64,000 bases of DNA. Source: Macrostomum lignano (lineage: Eukaryota). The stretch is taken from positions 1,013 to 65,012 of the forward strand of contig NIVC01003131.1 of assembly GCA_002269645.1 (NCBI GenBank), given 5' to 3'. Shown piece after piece: positions 43,401 to 54,379 of this stretch. The notes under the pieces were generated by a model. It ran no database searches. It was not told the origin of the DNA and saw nothing but the letters and a program-made list of their open reading frames with translations. Made by a program: the position numbers and the translations under genes. Position 1 is the first letter of the stretch. Each line of letters opens with the position of its first letter.

Positions 43401-45198
43401 CGCCGCCGCCGCAGCCGCTGCCGCCGAAGCCTCCGAGCATCAGCGCCGTCGCGAGCGGCAGCGGGCGGCGCTGGCGGAGAACCGGGAGGCGGCTCACCGC
43501 TCCCACCTGGACGTTGTGAACTCGGCAGCTGCTGCTGGGGCGAAGAAAGCAGCAGCCGCAGTCAGCACGCAGACGGGCGGCCCGGGTTCGAAGCCGGTGG
43601 CAGTTCCTGTGACTACTGAGTACAGGCGGCAGTTCCGGTACAAGCAGCCGGATGTCCGGTCCCCAGCCGTTGGCCTCGTGCCGTCAAGGAAATCGATGAC
43701 AACCCAGCAGCAGCAAACCGTGGCCGGTCCGCAGCCGCCCAAGGTAAAGGTGGCCGGCCGGGAGTTCAAGCCCGCCGAGACGCTGAACCCGCAGCGGATG
43801 TCCTTCCCGCTGGGCAGCTACGGGCCTCTCGAAAGCGAGTACCACCGCGCCTTCGGCGAGGCCGCCGCCAACGGAGGCGAAACCGACTGGCAGCGCCGCC
43901 TGCGGGAGGCGCGCGAGCTGCGACAGCGGGCCGCTCAGTACCGGCTGCGCGCCTACGGGACCCATTTCTCAAGGCAGCACCTGGCTCAGGTGAGGCTCTC
44001 AGTGTTTGCAGATCTTCAGGACCGGTCAGCCTTAGTTACCTTGGTATTAGTATCATCGTGACTTTATCACTGTGACCTCACTGTGACCTCCCCACTGCAA
44101 CCCCATCACCGCAATCCAGGTTTACGCTCCGAACTTGGACGCCTGGCAGCCGCTGGACTCCGCCCGTTCCGCCGACGACAACAACGAGCGGCCTCGCACG
44201 GCCCCGGCGCAGCACCCGCAGGCCGCCTGGGCCAGCGACCCGGAGGACCTCGCCGCCGCATCGCCCGATGACGGCGACGACGTCGAGCTCGACGCCGATG
44301 GCAATGGCGACGACTACGGCGAGAATTACCAACGGCGCCGGGACCAGCGGCAGAAGCCGCGGCGTAGGCGCCGAGCTCGCAGCACCACCGGCGCGGGTGC
44401 CGCTGCCGATGCCGTCGTCCGGCGCCGCCTGCCGGAGAGCGAGACGGTCGGGCGCTACGGCACGCCGCGTGTCCGGGACCGCGCCCGCCAGGGCTTCGTC
44501 AGGCACCACTACGACAGAACTACGCCGAACTTCGGCGGCGTGCTGGTCGGACGGCCTGACGCCGAAGTCGGCAACGACGGACAGCCGGAGATCGACGACG
44601 ACGAAGCCGCCGTTCAGGTTGCGGCTGCCGATAGCGATGGCGAGCAGATGCTGGACGATGCCGAGGGTGAGGAATTTCTCTGGGGCGATTCCATTATGGA
44701 CTTGTCAGTAGTGCAGACCGCATCCGCACCCGCAATCCGCCCGCAGATCTCGGCCGGCCACTCGGCGGCCGCAAGCCGGTCGGCCGGATGATCCGCGAGT
44801 CGCGCCAGCTGCTGCGCGCAGCCGGCCGCCGCCAGCCCGGCCGCCAGCGGTCTCCCGCCGAGTTGCCGCCGGCCGGCCTGCCGACGCGCGACGTGGCGCC
44901 GCTGGTGGACGAGACGGCCAGCCACGACACCCAGTTGACGCTGTCTCCGAGGGCGCCGCAGCAGCAGAAGGCAGTCATTCAGCGCCGCCGCGACGAGCCC
45001 CGCGTGAACGGCTCGGAGCTGTCGGCAGCCACGCCGCCGCCGCCGCAGCAGCAGCCGGCGCCGCTGGACGACACGCAGTTCAGCGACGGCTTCTTCAGCG
45101 ACACGGCCTCGCTGGTGAGCAGCTCCACCATCAGCCTGGGCTCGCAGACCCTGGAGCGGGCCAGGCAGCGGCAGGAAAGCTTCTGGGGCCGGAAATGA
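40420..45198 (+). CDS. MDM1: Nuclear protein MDM1 / centriolar microtubule-binding protein, ~856 aa, 5 exons (40420-40797, 41977-42573, 43393-43989, 44120-44666, 44747-45198)
   Basis: RFAGASEYDRSYKW (cf. RFKGLSEYQRNFLW); repeated S/T-EY motifs; ELRQRAAQYRLRAYGTHFSRQHLAQ; HHYDRTTPNFGGVLV; C-terminal SQTLERARQRQESFWGRK. All junctions are GT-AG with matching phase. Start is ATG 40420 or 40435. Confidence 0.9.
40823..41692. repeat. 23-bp minisatellite (TCTGACTCTCGTGTCTCCACACG) in MDM1 intron 1
   Basis: About 38 units. Confidence 0.93.
41694..41950 (+). mobile_element. Related SINE subfamily copy in MDM1 intron 1
   Basis: GGTTCGATTC B-box, GGCCGCTGTACACCCTGTGTGAG core and GGCGGAATGGG block; a similar fragment lies at ~25710-25780. 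Confidence 0.55.
42571..43185. repeat. ~25-bp minisatellite built from the exon 2 splice donor (CAGGTGAGGGGTGGGGTATGTCTCA)
   Basis: About 25 units; the first unit is the real exon-intron junction. Confidence 0.92.
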
Positions 45199-45529
45199 AT
45201 TCGGCCGCTGCGCCGCCAAGGCGGGGAGGGGGGAGCCAAGACTTGCTGGCCAAGGACCGGCTGCCCCAGCCCACTGTGAATCTGCGCGGCATGGTTGGAA
45301 CACCTTCTTTCGAACAGTAGAGAGAGCCTGACCTCACCGAGTGCATGGCATCAATGAAGCGTTAGGCGAGCCTCATTTATTATCGAATTTGTGTTCATCT
45401 ATTCCAATATTTATTCCAATATCCGTCCTTAGTTAATAGCAATTCATTCTCATTGGCAAGGCTAAAACAGAGTTTGTCCTTAGTTGTCTACTTGAAATTC
45501 GCTAAAAAATGAAATGTTGTTTTTTTACA

Positions 45530-45535
45530 AATAAA
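45530..45535 (+). terminator. Candidate polyadenylation signal of MDM1
   Basis: AATAAA ~330 nt after the stop, followed by T-rich sequence. Confidence 0.45.
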
Positions 45536-46135
45536 ACTTTAACTTCTCTTTTATTGAAGTTGGCTGTGAATTAAAATTTTTCTGTGCGGCTCTCACGCCT
45601 CCGTCCCAAGCTCGCCTATTTTCTGTTTCATATTTTAATTGTTGTGAAATTTTTACTGCTAAATTTGCGAAATATGACAAAATTTTTTCCTCGTCTCTCT
45701 GCGCGTCATATGCTACTCATCATTCTAGTATAGTAGACTACATTGATTTATTAGTTTATTTATTAGCTCCCGTCCCTCCTCCTAGCAACCTCAGCTTTGA
45801 CAGGCCGCAAAGTTTGGTGGAGTAAAAAATATTAATTCCTATCTGCAGGATTAGCATTGACTGTTTTGCGTCATTGGCTGCTGCACCAAATTTAACCCAA
45901 ACTCGCCAGGAATTTTTTTTAAGCTCTAGCAACTATTTATCCTAAATCTTCTAGAATAAGAATATATTATTTATCCTTTGTATGCAAAGTGTTTTGCTGT
46001 CTCCACTGGCAAATTCACTTGTTTTTTGTTTTTTGCGCCTGCTTTTTTCTATGAAATTAAATCTGAGCTCAGCAGACTTTCAGCAGCTTTGGCTGAAGTG
46101 GGTTGCATGGCTAATGGCGCTCCAACAGGGATCTA

Positions 46136-47675
46136 GCCATGGTAATATTCTAGTTGCTATGCGGCTGCTGCACCTGTAGCCATGGTAATATTCTAGTTGC
46201 TATGCGGCTGGTGCACCTGTAGCCATGGTAATATTCTAGTTGCCATGCGGCTGGTGCACCTGTAGCCATGGTAATATTCTAGTTGCCATGCGGCTGCTGT
46301 ACCTGTAGCCATGGTAATATTCTAGTTGCTATGCGGCTGCTGCACCTGTAGCCATGGTGATATTCAAGTTGCTATGCGGCTGCTGCACCTGTAGCCATGA
46401 TAATATTCAAGTTGCTATGCGGCTGCTGCACCTGTAGCCATGATAATATTCAAGTTGCTATGCGGCTGCTGCACCTGTAGCCATGGTAATATTCAAGTTG
46501 CTATGCGGCTGCTGCACCTGTAGCCATGGTAATATTCAAGTTGCTATGCGGCTGCTGCACCTGTAGCCATGATAATATTCAAGTTGCTATGCGGCTGCTG
46601 CACCTGTAGCCATGATGATATTCAAGTTGCTATGCGGCTGCTGCACCTGTAGCCATGATGATATTCAAGTTGCTATGCGGCTGCTGCACCTGTAGCCATG
46701 ATAATATTCAAGTTGCTATGCGGCTGCTGCACCTGTAGCCATGGTAATATTCAAGTTGCTATGCGGCTGCTGCACCTGTAGCCATGATGATATTCAAGTT
46801 GCTATGCGGCTGCTGCACCTGTAGCCATGATAATATTCAAGTTGCTATGCGGCTGCTGCACCTGTAGCCGTGGTAATATTCAAGTTGCTATGCGGCTGCT
46901 GCACCTGTAGCCATGATGATATTCAAGTTGCTATGCGGCTGCTGCACCTGTATCCATGGTGATATTCTAGTTGCTATGCGGCTGGTGCACCCGTAGCCAT
47001 GGTGATATTCGAGTTGCTATGCGGCTGCTGCACCTGTAGCCATGGTAATATTCTAGTTGCTATGCGGCTGCTGCACCTGTAGCCATGGTAATATTCTAGT
47101 TGCTATGCGGCTGCTGCACCTGTAGCCATGATGATATTCAAGTTGCCATGCGGCTGCTGCACCTGTAGCCATGGTAATATTCTAGTTGCTATGCGGCTGC
47201 TGCACCTGTAGCCATGGTAATATTCTAGTTGCTATGCGGCTGGTGCACCTGTATCCATGGTGATATTCGAGTTGCTATGCGGCTGGTGCACCCGTAGCCA
47301 TGGTGATATTCGAGTTGCTATGCGGCTGGTGCACCCGTAGCCATGATGATATTCAAGTTGCTATGCGGCTGGTGCACCTGTATCCATGGTAATATTCTAG
47401 TTGCTATGCGGCTGCTGCACCTGTAGCCATGATGATATTCTAGTTGCTATGCGGCTGGTGCACCTGTATCCATGGTGATATTCGAGTTGCTATGCGGCTG
47501 GTGCACCCGTAGCCATGGTGATTTTCGAGTTGCTATGCGGCTGGTGCACCCGTAGCCATGGTGATATTCGAGTTGCTATGCGGCTGGTGCACCTGTATTC
47601 ATGGTGTATCCAGGATGATATTCTAGTTGCTATGCGGCTGGTGCACCTGTATCCATGGTGATATTCAAGTTGCTA
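46136..47675. repeat. 43-bp minisatellite (GCCATGGTAATATTCTAGTTGCTATGCGGCTGCTGCACCTGTA)
   Basis: About 36 units. Confidence 0.93.
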
Positions 47676-47689
47676 TGGCGGCTTTAGGC

Positions 47690-47870
47690 GCTGCCCGCAA
47701 ATCAAGAGCGACTGTGGACCCGCAGCCCAACTGCAGACCCCTGAACAAGCACACGGATGCGCTCACAGCAGGCCGCGAACCCCAAGTTAATTGGGGCCGG
47801 CGGCAGCGCATGGAATCGAACCCGGGGTCTTCGGAGATCGAGTCTGGCGATGCGCTACCGCTGCCTGCTG
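47690..47870 (-). mobile_element. tRNA-derived SINE-like element (different body)
   Basis: Minus strand GGCAGCGGTAGCG...CCCCGGGTTCGATTCC gives A/B-box spacing but no complete cloverleaf. Confidence 0.5.
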
Positions 47871-47949
47871 TCTGCTGGAATTTATCCGCCAATTCCGAAG
47901 GCCTGAAGCGAAGGACTTGCATTCGAACTGTAAACATGCAGTGTTTGAT

Positions 47950-47964
47950 CGACTCTCTCTCTCT

Positions 47965-48012
<48 letters not shown>
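47950..48012. repeat. (CT)n microsatellite
   Basis: Direct observation. Confidence 0.95.
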
Positions 48013-48016
<4 letters not shown>

Positions 48017-48489
48017 TTGTCCTCTAGGTGTATATCTGCTGCCTCCGAATCTCGCTGAACCATCTGCAGTCCGCTGCTTATTGCTTCTAATCTGCCCTCC
48101 AGGGTCATCAATCATTTCAGTTTGAGTGACAGGTGCGCAGATAATCTGGTTTGACCATTTGACCTTGAACTGGCGCGCTAACACAGTGCCACCGGAATAC
48201 CTACTGCACTGCCGGCCGGTCCGCTGCAATGGAGTCAAGCTTTAATTCGGGCTGGCAACTCGCCCATTTCTCTAAACTGATCACTTGCGCTGTTCGCTGA
48301 TGTACTTTAGCCATGGCCGTCTGTCACCCGCAGCGGTAATAGACAGCTGTGTAGGGCCTCACCTGTCTTCAGAATAGGAATAGCCATTCATGATTTGTCT
48401 GAGAGGACATGATTTACTAGTCATTTCCAATGGATCTGGCATCTCATCTGACCCATAAGAATGCTGCATCACCCTTCCAGATCCTTGCG

Positions 48490-49635
48490 GTTGCTGGGCC
48501 AGCCTCCCAGAGTGTCAGTTGCTGGGCCAGCCTTCCCTAGCCTCAGTTGCTGAGCCAGCCTCTTAGATCCTCAGTTGCTGGGCCAGCCTCCCAGAGTGTC
48601 AGTTGCTGGGCCAGCCTCCCAGATCCTCTGTTGCTGGGCCAGCCTCCCAGATCCTCAGTTGCTGGGCCAGCCTCCCAGAGTGTCAGTTGCTGGGCCAGCC
48701 TCCCAGATCCTCTGTTGCTGGGCCAGCCTCCCAGATCCTCAGTTGCTGGGCCAGCCTCCCAGATCCTCTGTTGCTGGGCCAGCCTCCCAGATCCTCAGTT
48801 GCTGGGCCAGCCTTCCCGAGCCTCAGTTGCTGAGCCAGCCTCCCAGAGTGTCAGTTGCTGGGCCAGCCTCCCAGAGTGTCAGTTGCTGTGCCAGCCTCCC
48901 AGATCCTCTGTTGCTGGGCCAGCCTCCCAGATCCTCAGTTGCTGGGCTACAGCCTCCCAGATCCTCAGTTGCTGAGCCAGCCTCCCAGATCCTCAGTTGC
49001 TGGGCCAGCCTCTTAGATCCTCAGTTGCTGGGCCAGCCTCCCAGAGTGTCAGTTGCTGGGCCAGCCTCCCAGAGTGTCAGTTGCTGGGCCAGCCTCCCAG
49101 ATCCTCAGTTGCTGAGCCAGCCTTCCAGATCCTCAGTTGCTGAGGCAGCCTCCTAGATCCTCAGTTGCTGGGCCAACCTCCCAAATCCTCAGTTGCTGGG
49201 CCAGCCTCCCAGAGTGTCAGTTGCTGGGCCAGCCTCTCAGATCCTCAGTTGCTGAGCCAGCCTCCCAAATCCTCAGTTGCTGGGCCAGCCAGCCTCCCAG
49301 AGTGTCAGTTGCTGGGCCAGCCTCTCAGATCCTCAGTTGCTGAGCCAGCCTCCCAGATCCTCAGTTGCTGAACCAGCCTCCCAAATCCTCAGTTTCTGGG
49401 CAAGCCTCTCAGATCCTCAGTTGCTGGGCCAGCCTCTCAGATCCTCAGTTGCTGAGCCAGCCTCCCAGATCCTCAGTTGCTGAGCCAGCCTCCCAAATCC
49501 TCAGTTGCTGGGCCAGCCTCCCAAATCCTCAGTTGCTGGGCCAGCCTCCCAAATCCTCAGTTGCTGGGCCAGCCTCCCAGATCCTCAGTTTCGGGGCATG
49601 CCTCTCAGATCCTCAGTTGCTGGGCCAGCCTCCCA
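48490..49635. repeat. 28-bp minisatellite (GTTGCTGGGCCAGCCTCCCAGATCCTCA)
   Basis: About 40 units. Confidence 0.92.
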
Positions 49636-50088
49636 GAGTGTAAGTTGCTGGGCAACCACCGCCCCCTCCAGCTCCGAGGCTGGTGGACCACCCTAACAGA
49701 AAAAAGTCGCAAGTGACAGAACTTTCTACTAGCTACTAAATAACTTCAATAAACAATGTATATTTATGTACATAGTATGCATTCGGTCCGCAGCCACGCC
49801 AAAGTCGCCAATGCGAGTTGCCAGGGCTGGGCACGCATTCGCAGTACCGCAGCCCCCCCCCCCCGCCCCGCATTCTGGCTGCAACCAGCCGCCCGCCAGA
49901 GCCCCGCCAGCGCGCTGATCTGTCAGATAGCGCAGCAGCCCTTAATAAATTGTCGGTCCAATTTTTTCAATCAGTTTCAATCTGCCTACAGATTTTTCAC
50001 TCCATTCAGACGATCGCGCAGCCAATTTAATTTTATTCGCTCCAGCCGAGGTCTTCAATCAGCGACTGACTGCGGACAGCTCCTGGCG

Positions 50089-50221
50089 ATGTCTGGCGGC
50101 CGAGCTCCACCAGGCGTCGGCTTTGGCGCAAGCCTGCCGCTGCTGCTGTCGCTGCTGCTGTTGCTGCTGCTGCTGTGCCTTGCTGGGACTGCCGGAGGGC
50201 AGGAGGAAGAAAAGCAGAGCA
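50089..50221 (+). CDS. Signal-peptide exon of a secreted mucin-like gene (MSGGRAPP...LLLLLLCLAGTAGGQEEEKQS)
   Basis: Long hydrophobic core, small-residue cleavage region, A|GTAAGT phase-1 donor. Confidence 0.75.
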
Positions 50222-50324
50222 GTAAGTTTGCCCTGCTTCACTGGGCTTCTAGGGGAAGGGGATCGTGGTGGACTTGCAGATTAGCTAAATGAAATCAAAT
50301 TATTTTAATAAACGAATTACATAC

Positions 50325-51835
50325 GGACTTGTCTACCCGACTCCACCAATCTGTCCACCAATTTGTCTACCCGACTCCACCAATCTGTCCACCAACTTGT
50401 CTACCAGACTCTCCACCAATCTGTCTACCACGTTGTCTACCCGACTCTCCACCAATCTGTCTACCAAATTGTCTACCAGACTCTCCACCAATCTGTCCAC
50501 CAATTTGCCTACCAGACTGTCCACCAATCTGTCCACCAGCTTGTCTACCCGATTCCACTAATCTGTCCACCAGCTTGTCTACCCGACTCCACCAATCTGT
50601 CCATCAGATTGTCTACCCGACTTCACCAATCTGTCCACCAATTTGTCTACCAGACTCTCCACCAATCTGTCCACCAACTTGTCTACCAGACTGTCCACCA
50701 ATCTGTCCACCACGTTGTCTACCCGACTCTTCACCAATCTGTCTACCAAATTGTCTACCAGACTCTCCACCAATCTGTCCACCAACTTGTCTACCAGACC
50801 CTCCACCAGTCTGTCGACCAATTTGTCTACCAGACTCTCCACCAATCTGTCCACCACGTTGTCTACCCGACTCTCTACCAATCTGTCCACCAAATTGTCT
50901 ACCCGACTCTCCACCAATCTGTCTACCAAATTGTCTACCAGACCCTCCACCAGTCTGTCGACCAATTTGTCTATCAGACTCTCCACCAATCTGTCCACCA
51001 CGTTTTCTACCCGACTCTCTACCAATCTGTCCACCAAATTGTCTACCAGACTGTCCACCAATCTGTCCACCAGCTTGTCTACCCGATTCCACTAATCTGT
51101 CCACCAGCTTGTCTACCCGACTCCACCAATCTGTCCACCAGATTGTCTACCCGACTTCACCAATCTGTCCACCAATTTGTCTACCAGACTCTCCACCAAT
51201 CTGTACACCAATTTGTCTACCAGACTGTCCACCAATCTGTCCACCAATTTTTCTACCAGACTGTCCACCAATCTGTCCACCAGCTTGTCTACCCGACTCC
51301 ACCAGTCTGTCCACCAGCTTGTCTACCAGACTGTCCACCAGTCTGTCCACCAGCTTGTCTACCAGACTGTCCACCAGTCTGTCCACCAGCTTGTCTACCC
51401 GACTCCACCAATCTGTCCACCAGCTTGTCTACCCGACTCCACCAATCTGTCCACCAATTTGTCTACCAGACTCTCCACCAATCTGTCCACCAATTTGTCT
51501 ACCAGACTGTCCACCAATCTGTCCACCAATTTGTCTACCAGACTCTCCACCAATCTGTCCACCAATTTGTCTACCCGACTCCACCAATCTGTCCACCAAT
51601 TTGTCTACCAGACTCTCCACCAATCTGTCCACCAAATTGTCTACCAGACTCTCCACCAATCTGTCCACCAATTTGTCTACCAGACTGTCCACCAATCTGT
51701 CCACCAGCTTGTCTACCCGACTCTCCACCAGTCTGTCCACCAGCTTGTCTACTCGACTCCACAAATCTGTCCACCAAATGTTCTACCCGACTCTCTACCT
51801 ATCTGCCCAGCAATTTGTCCACCAGACTGTCGACC
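50325..51835. repeat. Higher-order array with 12-bp subunits (TGTCTACC/TGTCCACC/CTCCACCAATC) in mucin intron 1
   Basis: Visible tandem units. Confidence 0.9.
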
Positions 51836-52030
51836 AGTCTAAACCATTATGTCTTCGAATCTGTCTATCAAAAAAGAATGTTTTAGAATTTCTATTTAAA
51901 CGGATTTCAGAATGATTAAAATGTCTGTCAGAATACCCTGGAACGTATCTGGGATTGCATTTCAGGATTTCAGAGACAGAATATCCTTCTAAAACATGTC
52001 TTGAATTTTTGTCTCTCGGACATTAGCCAG

Positions 52031-52230
52031 CTGAAGTCAACAGGTGCCAAGGAATTGCTTTTAGCAGGTTAGAAGCCGTGCAGGAAAAGTACCCAAGATT
52101 TTGCCAGGTATTAGCGAACTCTAAGAGTACCGACAAAATTAGAGCTGACAACGATCGCAAATTGTTCTATTTTACGAGATTGCGGCTCGCATATCTGACA
52201 GAAGCACTCAATAAAGCTATCAGCAAGCAG
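52031..52230 (+). CDS. Candidate exon 2 of the mucin-like gene (EVNRCQGIAFSRLEAVQEKYPRFCQ...AISKQ)
   Basis: Open frame between CAG acceptor (phase 1) and CAG|GTGAAA donor (phase 0). Confidence 0.4.
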
Positions 52231-52589
52231 GTGAAAGTAATTATTGTCAAGCCGTAAAAAGCTTAATGGCAGCCAGCAAGTTGGGTGCAAAACTGGCATT
52301 GGCAGACACAGCAGCCACCTAACCGGACCCAGAGGTCAAACTGTCTGGGTTGCATTAAAGTGGCCAGCATTACCAGCCTGACCAGAACCAGTTTATCTGG
52401 CGGCTAATCTCGCTTCCAATTAGCTTGAATACGCACAGGTGTATGCAGTATGGTCAGCACGACGGTCTCTTTAAACTTTGCCGGCTGGAACGGGTGTTGA
52501 AATGAAATAAAATTCTTATTAAATCAATATTGAGACATACCGATTTTAGTCCACTTGTATCTCATGGACGATTTTTATAAGTAATTTTA

Positions 52590-52920
52590 GTAGGCATCTC
52601 GTTATCTCGCGTCGCACTTTTATGCCAGCGGCCCAGGTTCGAATCCAAGCTGGAGAGTGCAGTCGCATTAATTTGGAGCTAAATTGGAATCTCGGCTTGG
52701 CTCTGCTCTTGCAATTAACACCATTGAGGGCCAACCTCGAGGCACAGTGAAGTGTACATGCCTAATGATAAATAAAGTTAGGGCCGCTGTACACTCCTGT
52801 GTGACTGTGTGCCTTTGCGTGTTCCTGCTCAGGGGAGTCGGTGGAATGGGCAGCAATGCCTCTCGCCGGTTGTTTGACAATGTCAAGCTTAAAGTGCGTT
52901 AGGGTGCACAAAGCCCTTAC
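52590..52920 (+). mobile_element. tRNA-derived SINE, best-preserved copy
   Basis: Perfect B-box GGTTCGAATCC at 52636-52646; body shared with copies at 1800, 28970 and 53443. Confidence 0.75.
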
Positions 52921-53442
52921 CTATACACGTACGCTCGTACTTAAATTAGGAATTGAAGGCTATTTTAGCGTGACCTTTTGGCCCGTCGGGCAGAAAATCC
53001 GGCGCGTTTATCGTCATAGAAACTCTGGCTGTCAACTAACTTAAACAGCCAGCAATTTTCAATTTAACTTTCAATACTTCAAGTAGTCTATCGTCGCCAG
53101 TGTCGCTTTTACGGCGCCCTCTGATTCTCACTCACATTTCTTTTTTGTTCAGAGGTGTGGGCTCTACCCAGCATACAAGTGAGTTTTCCAGGAGTCAGTT
53201 GCTCAGGCCTTCTCAAGGATTTTATCTCTTCAGTAGGGGCTGGATGCATTGTGAGGCTGTGGGACTGCGAACGAATTCTCATTATGATCTGCATTGCTTG
53301 GCTCAGCACACCCAGCTTAGTGGATCCGCGGTCTCAGTCTCAGTCTCTCGACCACGGCCGGGAAAGCAAACCGCAAGATGAAACGCATACGAACACTTGA
53401 TCACTTTTTTATTACAGACTTATTTTAAGCTAAATTCTCACA

Positions 53443-53650
53443 CACAAACGGCGAGAGGCATTGCTGCCAATTCCACCGGCTCCACTGAGCAGGCAGCGTC
53501 CTTAACTTAATTTATCGCTAGGCATGTACACTACACTGTGCCTTGGGGTTAATGGCGTTAATTGCACGAGCACAGCCATGCCAAGATTTGACAGCACCTG
53601 GGCCGTTTGGAACATAAAAGCGCCGCGCCAGACCAACTAGACTAGGCCCT
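53443..53650 (-). mobile_element. SINE copy, internally deleted, inverted relative to the 52590 copy
   Basis: GAGAGGCATTGCTGCC...CTGAGCAGG and TAGGCATGTACACT.CACTGTGCC match the reverse complement of the family. Confidence 0.65.
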
Positions 53651-54038
53651 CAACACTTGATCACACTCCAACCGTGAACAGGTGAGAGGCCAGAGTCACC
53701 CTATAGCGCTGATAACATATGCCTATGATCCCTGAGTCCTGGTAGGTCCAACTCGCAGGGTATCACCTTCTGGGGCCCGAGTCCCCAGTCCTGAATGAAT
53801 TTCGACTATAGGGAAACCCCATTTAGGGTTATACAAAAAACGAATATTTTCGAAATCAATTAGACAACATAGCTGTTTTTGAGTAAACTCTAATTTAGTA
53901 GATGCTTTGAATGTTTCCTTCACAAACTTGCAAGTAGGCATTAGGAAAAATTCCTTCCTTCATTTTGGGTTCGGAACTTTCGAAAGTGAGGTGTCGTTTA
54001 GTCTTCCTACATACTAAAAATGGTTTGCCACCATTTAG

Positions 54039-54216
54039 GCATCTATCAATGCGATTGATTTTAGCGAAACGGCTCAATTTTATGCTGAAATGAACGAGTG
54101 GAAGAGTCTCTTCGCCTCTTTGAAAAGATGCGGATCCACTCGTCTTCAAATAGACAACTATAAAGAAACATGCTCCAAGGCCGAACAAATCGACATGCTA
54201 ATTAAATTACTACCGA
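54039..54216 (+). CDS. Candidate exon 3 of the mucin-like gene (ASINAIDFSE...LIKLLP)
   Basis: TTTAG acceptor phase 0, open 59 aa, weak GTAGCT phase-1 donor; phases bridge exon 2 to the repeat exon. Confidence 0.4.
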
Positions 54217-54379
54217 GTAGCTTGAATGGGCATTGCTATCGGAATTCGTACACTTTCTAGGTTTTTTGTATCCGTGAAGAGCATATAATTTAGCTTCAAA
54301 ACCGTGTTGTACATTCTAGTCTCAATTGTTCGCACCTAGGCTCGTAAATGAAGTAGAATATAACCTTCCTTCGCTGCAG

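Noticed and set aside
44667-44791. Apparent frameshift in MDM1 between ORFs 44135-44791 and 44788-45198
   Set aside because: Resolved by an 80-bp GT-AG intron (44667-44746) with matching phase 1.
50329-51915. Long ORFs in tandem arrays (e.g. 50329-51915, 40705-41725, 10002-10647, 8592-9437, 5158-5812, 48547-49716)
   Set aside because: Several frames are open at once, they lie in introns or intergenic repeats, and unit-length variants break the frames.
51932-52044. Open frame NTLERIWDC...LKSTG as a mucin exon
   Set aside because: Its acceptor phase does not match the phase-1 donor at 50221 and it overlaps the better-fitting exon 52031-52230 in another frame.
52590-52660. tRNA genes at 52590, 29240-29308 and 47810-47870
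   Set aside because: A/B boxes are present but there is no full cloverleaf, and they continue into repeat bodies; interpreted as SINE heads.
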